Assembly: GCA_035560415.1 (NCBI GenBank)
Contig: DATMZG010000117.1
Location: 4,887-68,886 of the forward strand
DNA: 64,000 bases
Direction of reading: 5' to 3'
Source: Candidatus Acidiferrum sp.
GTDB lineage: Bacteria; Bacillota; Clostridia; Oscillospirales; Feifaniaceae
Shown: in pieces, positions 28,123-37,415 of the stretch
Numbering within the stretch: the first letter of the stretch is position 1
Layout of the letters: each line of letters begins with the position of its first letter
Notes under the pieces: model-generated
Databases searched by the model: none
What the model saw: the letters and a program-made list of their open reading frames with translations, nothing else
Told to the model about the DNA's origin: nothing
Translations under genes and position numbers: made by a program

Positions 28123-28200
28123 ACCCTTCGGACTGCGGGGGACTTCCCGCGGGCAGGCTTTTCGAACCCGAGTTGACAAATGAACAAGGGAGGTCGTGTT

Positions 28201-29073
28201 TTGAACGAAAAGAAGTGGTACGACGCGCTGCCACGTCCGGAGTTTTCGGCGTGGGAGCGCATTCCTGTGGAAACCGAATGGTTCTGGGTCTATAAACTTC
28301 CCGGAGAGGTCTATGCGATTGCCGAGCCCGGACAGTGGCAGGAAGTCATCAGCTTCCTCGTCATCGGCGGGAGCAAGGCCGCCCTCATCGACACCGGCAC
28401 CGGCATCGGGGACATCCGTTCAGTGGTCAAAGAGCTCACGCTGCTCCCGGTCTTTGTCATCAACACCCACTTCCACTGGGACCACACCGGCTCAAACTGG
28501 CAGTTTGAGGGGTGCTATAACATACAGGACCCCTACGTGGCGGAGGCGGCCAAAAACGGGGTGCCGCACAGCCGCGTCGCCTCGCAGCTCGAGGGGGACG
28601 CCGTCTGGCAGCCCCTTCCGGCGAGTTTTGTGCCGGAGGAATACTGCATTAAGCCCTGGAACAGCCTGCCCATGAAGGACGGCGATGAGTTTGACATCGG
28701 CGGCCGGCAGCTTCGGGTTGTGGCCGCCCCCGGGCACACCGGCGACTGCGTCTTCATTTATGACGACCTCCACCGCTGCCTCTTTACGGGGGACAACATC
28801 TATCCGGCCCCCATTTATTTGCATATGGGCGGCGGCCCCTACAGCGGCCTTTCCGACATTGACGCCTACGCCAATATGCTGCGGGAGAACGCCCGGTATG
28901 CGCGGCGGGCCGAGCGGCTTTTCTGCTCCCACAACGTGCCCTGCTGCGACACCTCGCTCTACTTTGAAATTCTGGACGGGGTCGAGCGCATTCAGCGCGG
29001 CGAGCTGCCGGGCATTCACCAGGACGGGGTCAGCGAATACAAGCTGGAGCGCTGCTCCATCATCACGAAATAG
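28201..29073 (+). CDS. MBL-fold metallo-hydrolase
   Basis: 'VINTHFHWDHTG' (HxHxDH) and 'APGHTGD'. I prefer TTG 28201 because RBS AAGGGAGG (28186-28193) precedes it. The track start ATG 28180 has no RBS. Confidence 0.8.
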   Translation: MNEKKWYDALPRPEFSAWERIPVETEWFWVYKLPGEVYAIAEPGQWQEVISFLVIGGSKAALIDTGTGIGDIRSVVKELTLLPVFVINTHFHWDHTGSNWQFEGCYNIQDPYVAEAAKNGVPHSRVASQLEGDAVWQPLPASFVPEEYCIKPWNSLPMKDGDEFDIGGRQLRVVAAPGHTGDCVFIYDDLHRCLFTGDNIYPAPIYLHMGGGPYSGLSDIDAYANMLRENARYARRAERLFCSHNVPCCDTSLYFEILDGVERIQRGELPGIHQDGVSEYKLERCSIITK

Positions 29074-29145
29074 CGCCCCGCCCGCCGGTGCGGGCGGCGG
29101 CTGCCGATAAAAAATAAGGCGCAAAACCAAAAACGGGAGTAAACA

Positions 29146-30081
29146 ATGGGACAGGCGGTCATAATCATTCGACAGATGGCGACGCTCTTTATCATGATGG
29201 GGGTCGGATACGCGGCAATCAAGCTCCGCCTGCTCTCCGAAGCGGCAATGGACGCAATGGCGACCTATGTGGTCTCGGTTGCGATGCCGGCCGTCGTGCT
29301 CTCCTCGGTGCTCGGAGTCGGCGACCGGTCGCTGCTCTTTTCCTCCCTCTCCATCATCGTCATTGCCCTCGCCATGCTCCCGTTCATGGGGCTTATCGGT
29401 TACGGCTTTGGCAGACTGTGCCACTTAAAGGGGCCGACCCTGAACATCCATCTGGCCGAAACCCTTTTTTCAAACTCCGCCTTTATGGGCATTCCCCTCG
29501 TGTCGGCGCTCTTTGGCAGCGAGGGTCTGCTCTGTCTCGCCATTTACAACTTCACGAACAACTTCGTGCTCTACACCTACGGCATCGGGCTGACCTCGGT
29601 CTCGCCGGAGCGCGGCACCTTTAAAGGCGCCATGAAGAAAATGGCAAACCCCGTCACGATTGCGGCGCTGCTCGGCTTTGCCATGGTCATGGCGGGGCTG
29701 AAGCTGCCGGAGGTGGCTTCCAGCGCGGTCTCGTCCATCGGCAGCACTTCGTCGCCGGTCTCAATGGTCTACATCGGCGGCGTGCTGACGAGGCTCGACT
29801 TTTCGGCCATGCTGCGCCGCGCCTCCATTTTGCTCACGATTCCGGTCCGGATGGTGCTCTTTCCGATTGCGCTGCTCTTGGTGCTGCGCCAGACCGGACT
29901 CTACCCCGTCTTTGCCGAGACGCTGACCCTCATCGCCGCGCTGCCCCCCATGGTCGGGGTGTCGCTGCTGGCCAGGGCCGGCGGTTCCGACTATGTCTAT
30001 GCCACCGAATATGTGCTGATCGGCACGCTGCTGTCGGTCATCACAATCCCGGCCGTCTGCTGGGCCATGGCCATGATCTGA
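29146..30081 (+). CDS. AEC (auxin efflux carrier) family transporter
   Basis: 311 aa, about 10 TM segments, typical N-terminus 'IIRQMATLFIMMGVGYAAIK'. Confidence 0.78.
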   Translation: MGQAVIIIRQMATLFIMMGVGYAAIKLRLLSEAAMDAMATYVVSVAMPAVVLSSVLGVGDRSLLFSSLSIIVIALAMLPFMGLIGYGFGRLCHLKGPTLNIHLAETLFSNSAFMGIPLVSALFGSEGLLCLAIYNFTNNFVLYTYGIGLTSVSPERGTFKGAMKKMANPVTIAALLGFAMVMAGLKLPEVASSAVSSIGSTSSPVSMVYIGGVLTRLDFSAMLRRASILLTIPVRMVLFPIALLLVLRQTGLYPVFAETLTLIAALPPMVGVSLLARAGGSDYVYATEYVLIGTLLSVITIPAVCWAMAMI

Positions 30082-30104
30082 ATCCCGCCAGGGAGGGATA
30101 TACA

Positions 30105-30584
30105 GTGTTCACTTTTTTGCCGGTGCCGCCCTTGACCGACGGAGTCATCACGCTCCGCCTTGAGGAATGTGTGCCCATGAAAGCCGGCGAGTGGGCCCCC
30201 TCCTACAACTTTTTAAACTATCTGGGAAACGCCCCCATCGGGCACATCCATCTGCGCATCGGGACAAACGAGTTTATTTACTACGGCGGCAACATCGGCT
30301 ACGGCGTCCGGGAGCCCTACCGCGGCCACGGATACGCGGCGAGGGCCTGTCTTTTGGTGCCCCCCGTCGCCCGGGCCCACGGCATGGAGGAGCTCATCAT
30401 CACCTGCGCGCCCGACAACATCGCCTCCATCCGAACCATTGAGCACATCGGGGCCCGCTTCGAGGGGGTCGTCTCCATTCCCCGCTGGAGCGAACTGCGC
30501 GACCGGGGGCTCAAGTTCATCAACCGGTACATCTGGGACATCTCGGGCTATGCGCCGGGGGTTTACGGCGGGGCGGGGGACTGA
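30105..30584 (+). CDS. GNAT-family N-acetyltransferase
   Basis: 159 aa, GTG start behind RBS GGGAGGG. Acetyl-CoA motif 'YRGHGYAARA'. Confidence 0.75.
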   Translation: MFTFLPVPPLTDGVITLRLEECVPMKAGEWAPSYNFLNYLGNAPIGHIHLRIGTNEFIYYGGNIGYGVREPYRGHGYAARACLLVPPVARAHGMEELIITCAPDNIASIRTIEHIGARFEGVVSIPRWSELRDRGLKFINRYIWDISGYAPGVYGGAGD

Positions 30585-30657
30585 CCCGTCAGCTTATGAT
30601 GACAACGCCAACAAAGGGGAACATTCCCCGTCAATCCTGAAAGGGGCTATACACGCA

Positions 30658-31290
30658 ATGAAAAATTTTGACCTTACACTATATCTTTGCACCGACCGGC
30701 ACTGGCTGGGTGAGCTGACCCTTGCCGACGCCGTTGAGCGGGCCATTGACGGCGGCGTGACTCTCGTCCAGCTGCGCGAAAAGGACATTTCGACCCTTGA
30801 CTTCCTTGAGAGCGCCCGCACTGTCCAGGCGGTCTGCCGCCGGCACGGAGTACCCCTCATCATCAACGACCGCATTGACATCGCCCTGGCCATAGACGCC
30901 GAGGGCGTCCATGTGGGACAGGACGACATGCCCTGCGCCATTGCCAGACGCATTTTGGGAGAGGACAAGGTCATCGGCGTCTCGGTCCACACGCTTGAGG
31001 AGGCCAAACGCGCCATTGAGGACGGGGCCGACTACGTCGGCATCGGTGCCGTGTTTATGACCTCCACAAAGCAGGTCTCCCGCGCCATGACCAAGGACGA
31101 AGTGCTGAACATCCTCGAAAACGCCGACATTCCGGCCTGCGCCATCGGCGGCATCGACGAGGAGACAGGCCCCGGGCTCGCGGGGCTCGGGCTCGACGGC
31201 ATCGCGGTCATCTCCTCCATTTTGTCCCGTCCCGACATTGCGGAGGCAGCCAGGCGCATGCGCGACGTGGCGGAGATGATCATTGGGTAG
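30658..31290 (+). CDS. thiE: thiamine-phosphate synthase ThiE
   Basis: 210 aa from ATG 30658. 'LYLCTD', 'VQLREKD', 'LIINDRIDIALA..A.GVHVGQDD', 'GIGAVF.T.TK', 'AIGGI'. Confidence 0.9.
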   Translation: MKNFDLTLYLCTDRHWLGELTLADAVERAIDGGVTLVQLREKDISTLDFLESARTVQAVCRRHGVPLIINDRIDIALAIDAEGVHVGQDDMPCAIARRILGEDKVIGVSVHTLEEAKRAIEDGADYVGIGAVFMTSTKQVSRAMTKDEVLNILENADIPACAIGGIDEETGPGLAGLGLDGIAVISSILSRPDIAEAARRMRDVAEMIIG

Positions 31291-31918
31291 CACGAAACTC
31301 TATATTTTCGACTTTGACGGCACACTGGTCAACACGATGGAGCTGTGGGACAACATGACCCGCCGCTTTCTCCGCCTTTACGGGATTGAGATTGACGACG
31401 ACACGCTGAGCTTTCTCAACACCCAGAACTTTAAAGAAGCCCTGCGGTACTTCATAGAAGTGCTCGGCGTGCCGGAGAGCCCCGAAGTCATCGGGGACAA
31501 GTGGTACGACTTCGCCGTGTCAATTTTCAAACAGGAGGCAAAGCCGCTGCCCGGGGCGCCCGAGTGCCTCGACCGGCTGCGGGAGGGCGGCGCTAAACTC
31601 GTGCTCTTCACGCTGTCGCCCCGCCCGCTTGTGGACATGCTGATGGGTGAGCTCGGCCTTGCCGGACGGTTTGACCGCACGTTTATGGGCGGCGAAACCG
31701 CGAGCCCCAAGACGGAGGCCGCGGCCTTTCTGGAAATTGCGCAGCGCATGGGGGCGGACCCCGCCGACACCCTTGTCGTCGAGGATTCGCCCTACGCCTG
31801 CGAGGCGGCCCGCCTTGCCGGAATGAAAACCTGCGGCGTATGTATATCCAACAAACATGCATCCACACTAAGAGAAATGTGCGACTTTGTCATAAGCGAT
31901 TATTGCGAGCTGAAATAG
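31283..31918 (+). CDS. HAD-superfamily hydrolase (phosphatase-like)
   Basis: 211 aa. 'IFDFDGTLVNT' (DxDGT). TTG start overlaps the thiE stop by 8 nt. Confidence 0.72.
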   Translation: MGSTKLYIFDFDGTLVNTMELWDNMTRRFLRLYGIEIDDDTLSFLNTQNFKEALRYFIEVLGVPESPEVIGDKWYDFAVSIFKQEAKPLPGAPECLDRLREGGAKLVLFTLSPRPLVDMLMGELGLAGRFDRTFMGGETASPKTEAAAFLEIAQRMGADPADTLVVEDSPYACEAARLAGMKTCGVCISNKHASTLREMCDFVISDYCELK

Positions 31919-32231
31919 CGGCTGATTATATCACGGACCACAACATCTTGTTGCGGCATCAATATCGGCCGGACAGTTTGCGATGGATATTCCCTATAAA
32001 AATACGGCGGTTCTGGAGAGCCGCCCCATTTTTTATAGGGATTCGTCACATTAGACAAAAAATACGCGATATTTTCTGCGCTTAAAACCTTGATAATGTA
32101 CAATACTTCCCCCGCTTTGCTTGACTTTCCTATCGTTAGAAATTAAACTATATGTGGCCGTTCCCGCATACGTGCATACAGCGGGAACAGGTCGTTATTT
32201 GTGTAAATTATTTTTGAGGAGGCAAACAATT

Positions 32232-33578
32232 ATGAACGCTTACATTGCCCGCGTTATTGAAGGGGTCAAGGAGCGCAATCCCGGAGACGCGCTTTTCCTG
32301 CAGACGGTAGAGGAAGTTTTCAAATCTCTGGAGCCCATCGTTGAGAAGCATCCCGAGTATGAAGAGATGGCCCTTCTTGAGAGAATGGTCGAGCCCGAGC
32401 GGCAGATCATTTTCCGCGTGACCTGGGTCGATGACGCTGGCAAGGTTCATGTCAACCGCGGCTTCCGTGTTCAGTTCAACGGCGCAATCGGACCCTACAA
32501 GGGCGGCCTGCGCTTCGCTTCCAACGTCAAGGTCGACACCATGAAGTTCCTCGGCTTTGAGCAGACTTTCAAGAACAGCCTGACCTCGCTGCCGATGGGC
32601 GGCGCCAAGGGCGGCTCCGATTTTGACCCCAACGGCAAGTCCGACGCTGAAATCATGCGGTTCTGCCAGGCCTTCATGACCGAGCTCTATCGCCACATCG
32701 GCCCCGATGTGGACGTTCCCGCCGGTGACCTGGGTGTCGGCGGCCGCGAGATCGGCTATATGTATGGCCAGTACAAGCGCATCAAGGGTGTCTGGGAGAA
32801 CGGTGTTTTCACCGGTAAGGGCCTGTCCTACGGCGGCTCCCTCATTCGTCCCGAGGCCACCGGTTTCGGTGCTGTCTACTATGTTGAGGAAGTCATGAAG
32901 CATGTCGGCGATACCCTGAAGGGCAAGACCGTCGCTGTCTCCGGATTTGGCAACGTTGCTTGGGGCATCACCAAGAAGTGCGCTGAGCTGGGCGCCAAGG
33001 TCGTCACCCTCTCCGGCCCCGACGGCTATATCTACGACGCCGACGGCGTCGCCACCGACGAGAAGATCGAGTACATGCTTGAAATGCGCGCTTCCGGCCG
33101 CAATAAGGTCAAGGATTATGCCGACAAGTTCGGCGCCAAGTTCTTCGCCGGCGAGAAGCCCTGGGGCGTCAAGGCCGACATCATCATGCCCGCCGCCACC
33201 CAGAACGACGTCGACATGGCCGAGGCCAAGAAGATCGTCGCCAACGGCGTCAAGTACTACATCGAAGTCGCCAACATGCCCACCACCAACGACGCCCTCT
33301 CCTTCCTCCAGAAGAACTGCAAGGTCGTCGCCCCCTCCAAGGCCGTCAACGCCGGCGGCGTCGCCACCTCCGGCCTCGAGATGAGCCAGAACTCCGCCCG
33401 CCTTGCTTGGTCCGCCGAGGAAGTCGACGCGAAGCTCCACACCATCATGAAGAACATCCATGACGCTTCCGCCAAGGCTGCCGAGGAGAACGGCTTCGGC
33501 TACGACCTCGTCGCGGGCGCCAACATCGCCGGCTTCATCAAGGTTGCCGACGCCATGATCGCGCAGGGCCTCATCTAA
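32232..33578 (+). CDS. gdhA: NAD(P)-specific glutamate dehydrogenase
   Basis: 448 aa from ATG 32232 (RBS GAGGAGG). 'GPYKGGLRF', 'KNSLTSLPMGGAKGG', 'GFGNVA'. The track ORF starts upstream at 32121 in the AT-rich leader. Confidence 0.95.
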   Translation: MNAYIARVIEGVKERNPGDALFLQTVEEVFKSLEPIVEKHPEYEEMALLERMVEPERQIIFRVTWVDDAGKVHVNRGFRVQFNGAIGPYKGGLRFASNVKVDTMKFLGFEQTFKNSLTSLPMGGAKGGSDFDPNGKSDAEIMRFCQAFMTELYRHIGPDVDVPAGDLGVGGREIGYMYGQYKRIKGVWENGVFTGKGLSYGGSLIRPEATGFGAVYYVEEVMKHVGDTLKGKTVAVSGFGNVAWGITKKCAELGAKVVTLSGPDGYIYDADGVATDEKIEYMLEMRASGRNKVKDYADKFGAKFFAGEKPWGVKADIIMPAATQNDVDMAEAKKIVANGVKYYIEVANMPTTNDALSFLQKNCKVVAPSKAVNAGGVATSGLEMSQNSARLAWSAEEVDAKLHTIMKNIHDASAKAAEENGFGYDLVAGANIAGFIKVADAMIAQGLI

Positions 33579-33606
33579 GTAAATCATTCGGATATAGATT
33601 TGCAAA

Positions 33607-33637
33607 ACAGCCGCTCCCATGGGAGCGGCTGTTTTTT
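33607..33637. terminator. bidirectional rho-independent terminator (gdhA / QueG-like)
   Basis: 'ACAGCCGCTCCC ATGGGAGCGGCTGT' flanked by AAAA and TTTTTT. Confidence 0.75.
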
Positions 33638-33649
33638 AAGTACGAGAAT

Positions 33650-34324
33650 TTATTTTTTCAATGCGCGCAGGGTGTAGGGGCATTTGACAAAGCATTGGCC
33701 GCACAGGGCGGTCGATATGCCGTAGTTTTCAAGCGACATGGCCTTGGCCGCGGCGTCGCAGGCCGGCATGTCGAACATCTCGTCGCGGTCGGTGCCGGCC
33801 CGCCATAGCGTGCCGAGAATGGCCCCGGCGGGGCAGGCCCGAAGACACGCGGTACACCCGCCGCAGCGGGACTTAGGCATGGGAATGCCCGGCGTGAGCG
33901 GTGCGTCGGTCACAAGCGTCGAGAGCCGCACGGCGCTGCCGTACTGCGGTGTGACCAGCAAATTGCTCTTACCGAGCCAGCCGAGCCCTGCTCGCATGGC
34001 GATGGATTTGTGGGGCAGCAGCGTGCGCCCGAATGCGGTGACGACGCGGCCCGTCGTCTGAGCCCACGCGGCATGACCTCGGGCGGTCAGAAAATCTTCG
34101 GCCGCCAGCACCAGCTTGTCGAGGTCGGCGTTGAGGGCGTGGTAGGCGTCGTAGTAGAGCCGGGTCGGGCCGTTTTGCATGTCGGAAAGCACCTCGGACG
34201 GAATGCGCTTTGCGACGGCGAGGCCCCGCGGCCATCCGCAGCCAAGGTCTGCGAGGTCGGCGCAGTCCGCGAGGTCCGAGCCGAGTTCGGCCATGAGTGA
34301 GCGCAGTTCACGGGTCAAATCCAT
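33650..34324 (-). CDS. QueG-like (epoxyqueuosine reductase family, short form) 4Fe-4S protein
   Basis: 224 aa. 'HKSIAMRAGLGWLGKSNLLVTP', two ferredoxin motifs 'CGGCTACLRACP' and 'CGQCFVKCP'. Confidence 0.6.
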   Translation of the reverse strand: MDLTRELRSLMAELGSDLADCADLADLGCGWPRGLAVAKRIPSEVLSDMQNGPTRLYYDAYHALNADLDKLVLAAEDFLTARGHAAWAQTTGRVVTAFGRTLLPHKSIAMRAGLGWLGKSNLLVTPQYGSAVRLSTLVTDAPLTPGIPMPKSRCGGCTACLRACPAGAILGTLWRAGTDRDEMFDMPACDAAAKAMSLENYGISTALCGQCFVKCPYTLRALKK

Positions 34325-34356
34325 TTAAATTAAATGCCTCCTCAATATGCGCATGC

Positions 34357-34660
34357 GATTCCACCCTCGTCCCCATGTGGGGGGGAGTGCAGATTAAAAT
34401 CATTGCCTCGGCTCAGGTATTCAAATTTCAATCCTCACTCCCCGCGAGGGGAGTGACTGATTACCAACACAAAGGGCGACGGCAAAGAGGGATTTCAATC
34501 CTCACTCCCCCGCGAGGGGAGTGACTCATTAAGAAAAAACGCGTGGCAGCTGGCCTCACTATTTCAATCCTCACTCCCTGCATGGGGGCGGCATGCTGAT
34601 TAACAATATTGCCCGACGCGAGGAGCTATTTCAATCCTCGCCCGCCGTCAGAGAAGGGCC
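34357..34660 (-). CRISPR. orphan, decaying CRISPR-like mini-array (type I-C-like repeat), 2 intact and 3 degenerate repeats
   Basis: R1 34425-34457 ATTTCAATCCTCACTCCCCGCGAGGGGAGTGAC. R2 34492-34525 is the same with one extra C. R3 34561-34593 has its first 18 nt identical. R4 starts at 34628 with 12 nt identical. R0 is about 34357-34391 and degenerate. Period is 67-69 nt. The reverse complement GTCACTCCCCTCGCGGGGAGTGAGGATTGAAAT has the GTC..CCCC..GGGG..GGATTGAAA(C/T) shape I recall for I-C repeats, hence the minus orientation. No cas genes in the window. Confidence 0.6.
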
Positions 34661-35538
34661 CACTTGCAGGAGACCCGGAGCGACTCGGTCAGGTGGCGCA
34701 AAAATGCACGGGCTGCCGCCGACATGCGGCTGCGGTCTCTTAAAATGACCCCGAGCTGCCAGAAGGCCGGCGGGTCCAGCGGCAGTGTCGCCACCTTATA
34801 GGCGCAGCGGCGAAGTACGAGTTCCGGCAGCAGGCTGACCCCCAGCCCCGCCTCCACCATCGACATGATGGTGTAGTCGTCCCGCACCCGAAAGACGGTG
34901 CGGGGGGTCAGGTCGTTTTGGGCCAGAACGCCGCGGATTTCGTAGTCGTTGCCCTCGTCGAGGGCGATGAAGGGCTCCTCCGCCAGCCGCGCCAGCGGAA
35001 AGGACGCCTCTTTGGCCATGGGGTGGCCGGCCGGCAGCACGGCCAGAATGCGGTTGCGTAAGAGCGGGATGACGTCGAACTCCCGGCGGGGGTAGAGCCC
35101 CAAAAAGCCGAAGTCGACCCGGCCCTCGGCCACCCACCGCTCGGTCTCGGGGTAATCGCTTTGCAGCAGCTCAAAGCTGATGCCGGGGTGGGAGTCGAGA
35201 AAGGACTTGATGAGGGGCGGCAAAATGTGGCAGGAGACGCTGGAGAAGGCGCCGATGCGCACGACGCCCGACTCCATGCCCCGCAGGGAGGCCGCGGCGT
35301 CGGCAAGTTCTCTGGAACTGGCGCAGACGGCCTGCACCTGCGGCAGCAGCGCCGCGCCCTCCGGTGTCAGCCGCACGCCGGAGCGGTCCCGCAGCAGCAG
35401 CGTCGCCCCGAGTTCCGCCTCAAGGCCGGCCAGCATGTGGCTGATGCCGGACTGAGTGTAGCCGAGGGCCTCCGCCGCCTTGGTCAGGCTCCCGAGCTCC
35501 ACCGTCCGAATAAAGGCGTCGTATCTGCCGTCCGCCAT
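34648..35538 (-). CDS. LysR-family transcriptional regulator
   Basis: 296 aa. N-terminal HTH 'FIRTVELGSLTKAAEALGYTQSGISHMLAGLE'. Divergent from the hotdog/OFOR operon. ATTTC-N12-GAAAT dyad at 35562-35583 in the shared AT-rich intergenic region. Confidence 0.9.
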   Translation of the reverse strand: MADGRYDAFIRTVELGSLTKAAEALGYTQSGISHMLAGLEAELGATLLLRDRSGVRLTPEGAALLPQVQAVCASSRELADAAASLRGMESGVVRIGAFSSVSCHILPPLIKSFLDSHPGISFELLQSDYPETERWVAEGRVDFGFLGLYPRREFDVIPLLRNRILAVLPAGHPMAKEASFPLARLAEEPFIALDEGNDYEIRGVLAQNDLTPRTVFRVRDDYTIMSMVEAGLGVSLLPELVLRRCAYKVATLPLDPPAFWQLGVILRDRSRMSAAARAFLRHLTESLRVSCKWALL

Positions 35539-35729
35539 TTTCTATCACTCCAAATCACAAAATTTCATGTAAACATTCGAAATATTTGTTTTACTAATAC
35601 TTTATTTCATGATACACTTATTTTAAAAGAAACGCAAGTTTTTCGTTTGACGCCTGAATTTGGGGCCGCGCCGTAAGTTTTTTTGTGTATTGAAGAACCA
35701 AATCAAATTTATAACAGGAGGCAAATGCA

Positions 35730-36152
35730 ATGATTGGAGAAAAAGTGATTCTGCGGGTGCGCATGTCGGCCGGGGAGGCCCACTATGCCGGCGAGCTGGT
35801 CAACGGCTCGCACATCCTCGACTTCTGGGGCGACGTCGGCACCGAGCTGGCTATTCGGCTGCACGGGGACGAGAGCCTGTTTGTCGGCTACAAGGAGGTC
35901 AAGTTCACAGCGCCCGTCTACGCCGGCGACTTCATGGAGTACCACGGCTGGATTGAGAAGGTGGGCAACTCCTCCTTCACCTGCAAATTTGAAGCCTGGA
36001 AAGTCATTGAGCTGGCCCGCGAAGAGGGACTTGCCATCTCGGCCGCAAACGTCCTCGCTGAGCCCGTGCTCTGTGCAGAAGCCGAGGGCACCCTTGTCGT
36101 CAAGAAAGAGTTCCAGCGCGGCGCGCAGGACAAGGCTTTCGCGGTGAAATAA
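35730..36152 (+). CDS. hotdog-fold protein resembling 3-aminobutyryl-CoA ammonia-lyase (Kal-like)
   Basis: 140 aa. 'LRVRMSAGEAHYAGELVNGSHILDFWGDVGTELAIR...FTAPVYAGDF' matches my recollection of the Kal / hotdog deaminase family. A generic acyl-CoA thioesterase cannot be excluded. Confidence 0.55.
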   Translation: MIGEKVILRVRMSAGEAHYAGELVNGSHILDFWGDVGTELAIRLHGDESLFVGYKEVKFTAPVYAGDFMEYHGWIEKVGNSSFTCKFEAWKVIELAREEGLAISAANVLAEPVLCAEAEGTLVVKKEFQRGAQDKAFAVK

Positions 36153-36358
36153 TGAACAAGGCAGTGATTGCGTTCGAGCGGTGCAAGGAGTGTCACTACT
36201 GCATGCGCTTTTGTCCCAAGAAGCTCATCACGCCGGGCGACAAGCTCAACAAGTCCGGCTACTATGTGCCGGTCATAGACAGTGAGGGCTGCACCGGCTG
36301 CGCCACCTGCGCCAAAATTTGTCCCGAGGGTGCCATCACGGTAGAGAGGGGGGAGTGA
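36152..36358 (+). CDS. 2-oxoacid:ferredoxin oxidoreductase delta subunit (2x[4Fe-4S] ferredoxin)
   Basis: 68 aa. 'CKECHYCMRFCP' and 'CTGCATCAKICP'. Overlaps the hotdog gene stop. Confidence 0.8.
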   Translation: MNKAVIAFERCKECHYCMRFCPKKLITPGDKLNKSGYYVPVIDSEGCTGCATCAKICPEGAITVERGE

Positions 36359-36359
36359 C

Positions 36360-37415
36360 ATGGGCGCACCTGAATTTTTGCAGGGCAACATCGCCCTTGC
36401 CGAGTCGGCCATCCGCGCCGGCTGCCGGTTTTACTTCGGCTATCCCATCACCCCCGCCAGTGAGATGAGCGAATATTTCGCAGCCCAAATGCGTGACCGC
36501 GACGTCACGTTTGTGCAGGCCGAGACCGAGGTCGCCGCTTTCAACATGATTGCCGGCGTCGCGGCCGGCGGCCAACGCGGCATGACCGGCACCTCAGGCC
36601 CCGGGCTCAGCCTCGGCGCCGAGGCCATGTCTTTCATGGCGGCCGCGGGACTGCCGACCGTCGTGGTCGACGTCATGCGCCCCGGCCCCGGCGACGGCGA
36701 GATTCTGGCCGCGCAGGGCGACTATTTCCAGGCCTGCAAGGGCAACGGCCACGGCGACTACAACGTGCTGGTGCTGGCCCCATGGTCGGTGCAGGAGGAG
36801 GCGGACCTCGCCTACGAGGCTTTCGACCTCGCCGAAAAGTACTTAAACCCCGTCATTTTGCTGACCGACGCGTCGCTCGGAAAAATGCGCGAGTCCTGCG
36901 TACTGCCGGAGCCCAAAGCCATTCCCGCGGTCACATGGAAGGGCGCCCTGACCGGCAGTGAGGACGGCGGCAAAAAGGTCATCACGACCTGCGGCGACGG
37001 CGCCGACCAGTACGAGGCCTTCAACCGCGCCCTGCAAAAGAAGTTTGCCAAAATCGCCGCCGCCGAGCAGCGTTGGGAGTCGACCGGCTGCCAGGACGCC
37101 GACATCGTCATTGTCGCCTACGGCTCGGTCGCCCGCATTGCGATGGGCGCCATGGAGCTGGCCCGCTCTGCCGGCATGAAAATCGGGCTCATCCGGCCCA
37201 TCTCGCTGTGGCCCTTCCCCAAGAAGGCCTTCGAGGGGCTGGACGGCAAGCAGTTCGCGGTCTTTGAGCTGTCGGCCGGCCAGATGGTCGAGGACGTCAT
37301 GCTGTCGGTGAAAAACAAGGACGACGTCCACTTCTACGGCCGCATGGGCGGAAACCTGCCCACTCCGGCGGAGCTCTATGGGGAGCTTAGGAAAATTGCG
37401 GGAGGTGGCAGATAA
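36360..37415 (+). CDS. 2-oxoacid:ferredoxin oxidoreductase alpha subunit
   Basis: 351 aa. 'GNIALAESAIRAGCRFYFGYPITPASE'. Confidence 0.9.
   Translation: MGAPEFLQGNIALAESAIRAGCRFYFGYPITPASEMSEYFAAQMRDRDVTFVQAETEVAAFNMIAGVAAGGQRGMTGTSGPGLSLGAEAMSFMAAAGLPTVVVDVMRPGPGDGEILAAQGDYFQACKGNGHGDYNVLVLAPWSVQEEADLAYEAFDLAEKYLNPVILLTDASLGKMRESCVLPEPKAIPAVTWKGALTGSEDGGKKVITTCGDGADQYEAFNRALQKKFAKIAAAEQRWESTGCQDADIVIVAYGSVARIAMGAMELARSAGMKIGLIRPISLWPFPKKAFEGLDGKQFAVFELSAGQMVEDVMLSVKNKDDVHFYGRMGGNLPTPAELYGELRKIAGGGR

Noticed and set aside
30585-30657. Second TPP riboswitch in front of thiE
   Set aside because: The 73-nt gap lacks the CUGAGA and ACCC..CCUGAUC..GGGUAAU blocks.
32208-33620. 470-aa minus-strand ORF opposite gdhA
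   Set aside because: Antisense shadow of glutamate dehydrogenase. Gly/Asp/Leu/Val low-complexity.
34297-34524. 75-aa + strand ORF across the CRISPR-like repeats
   Set aside because: The frame is created by the repeats themselves ('SLPARGVTD', 'LTPPRGE'). No RBS.
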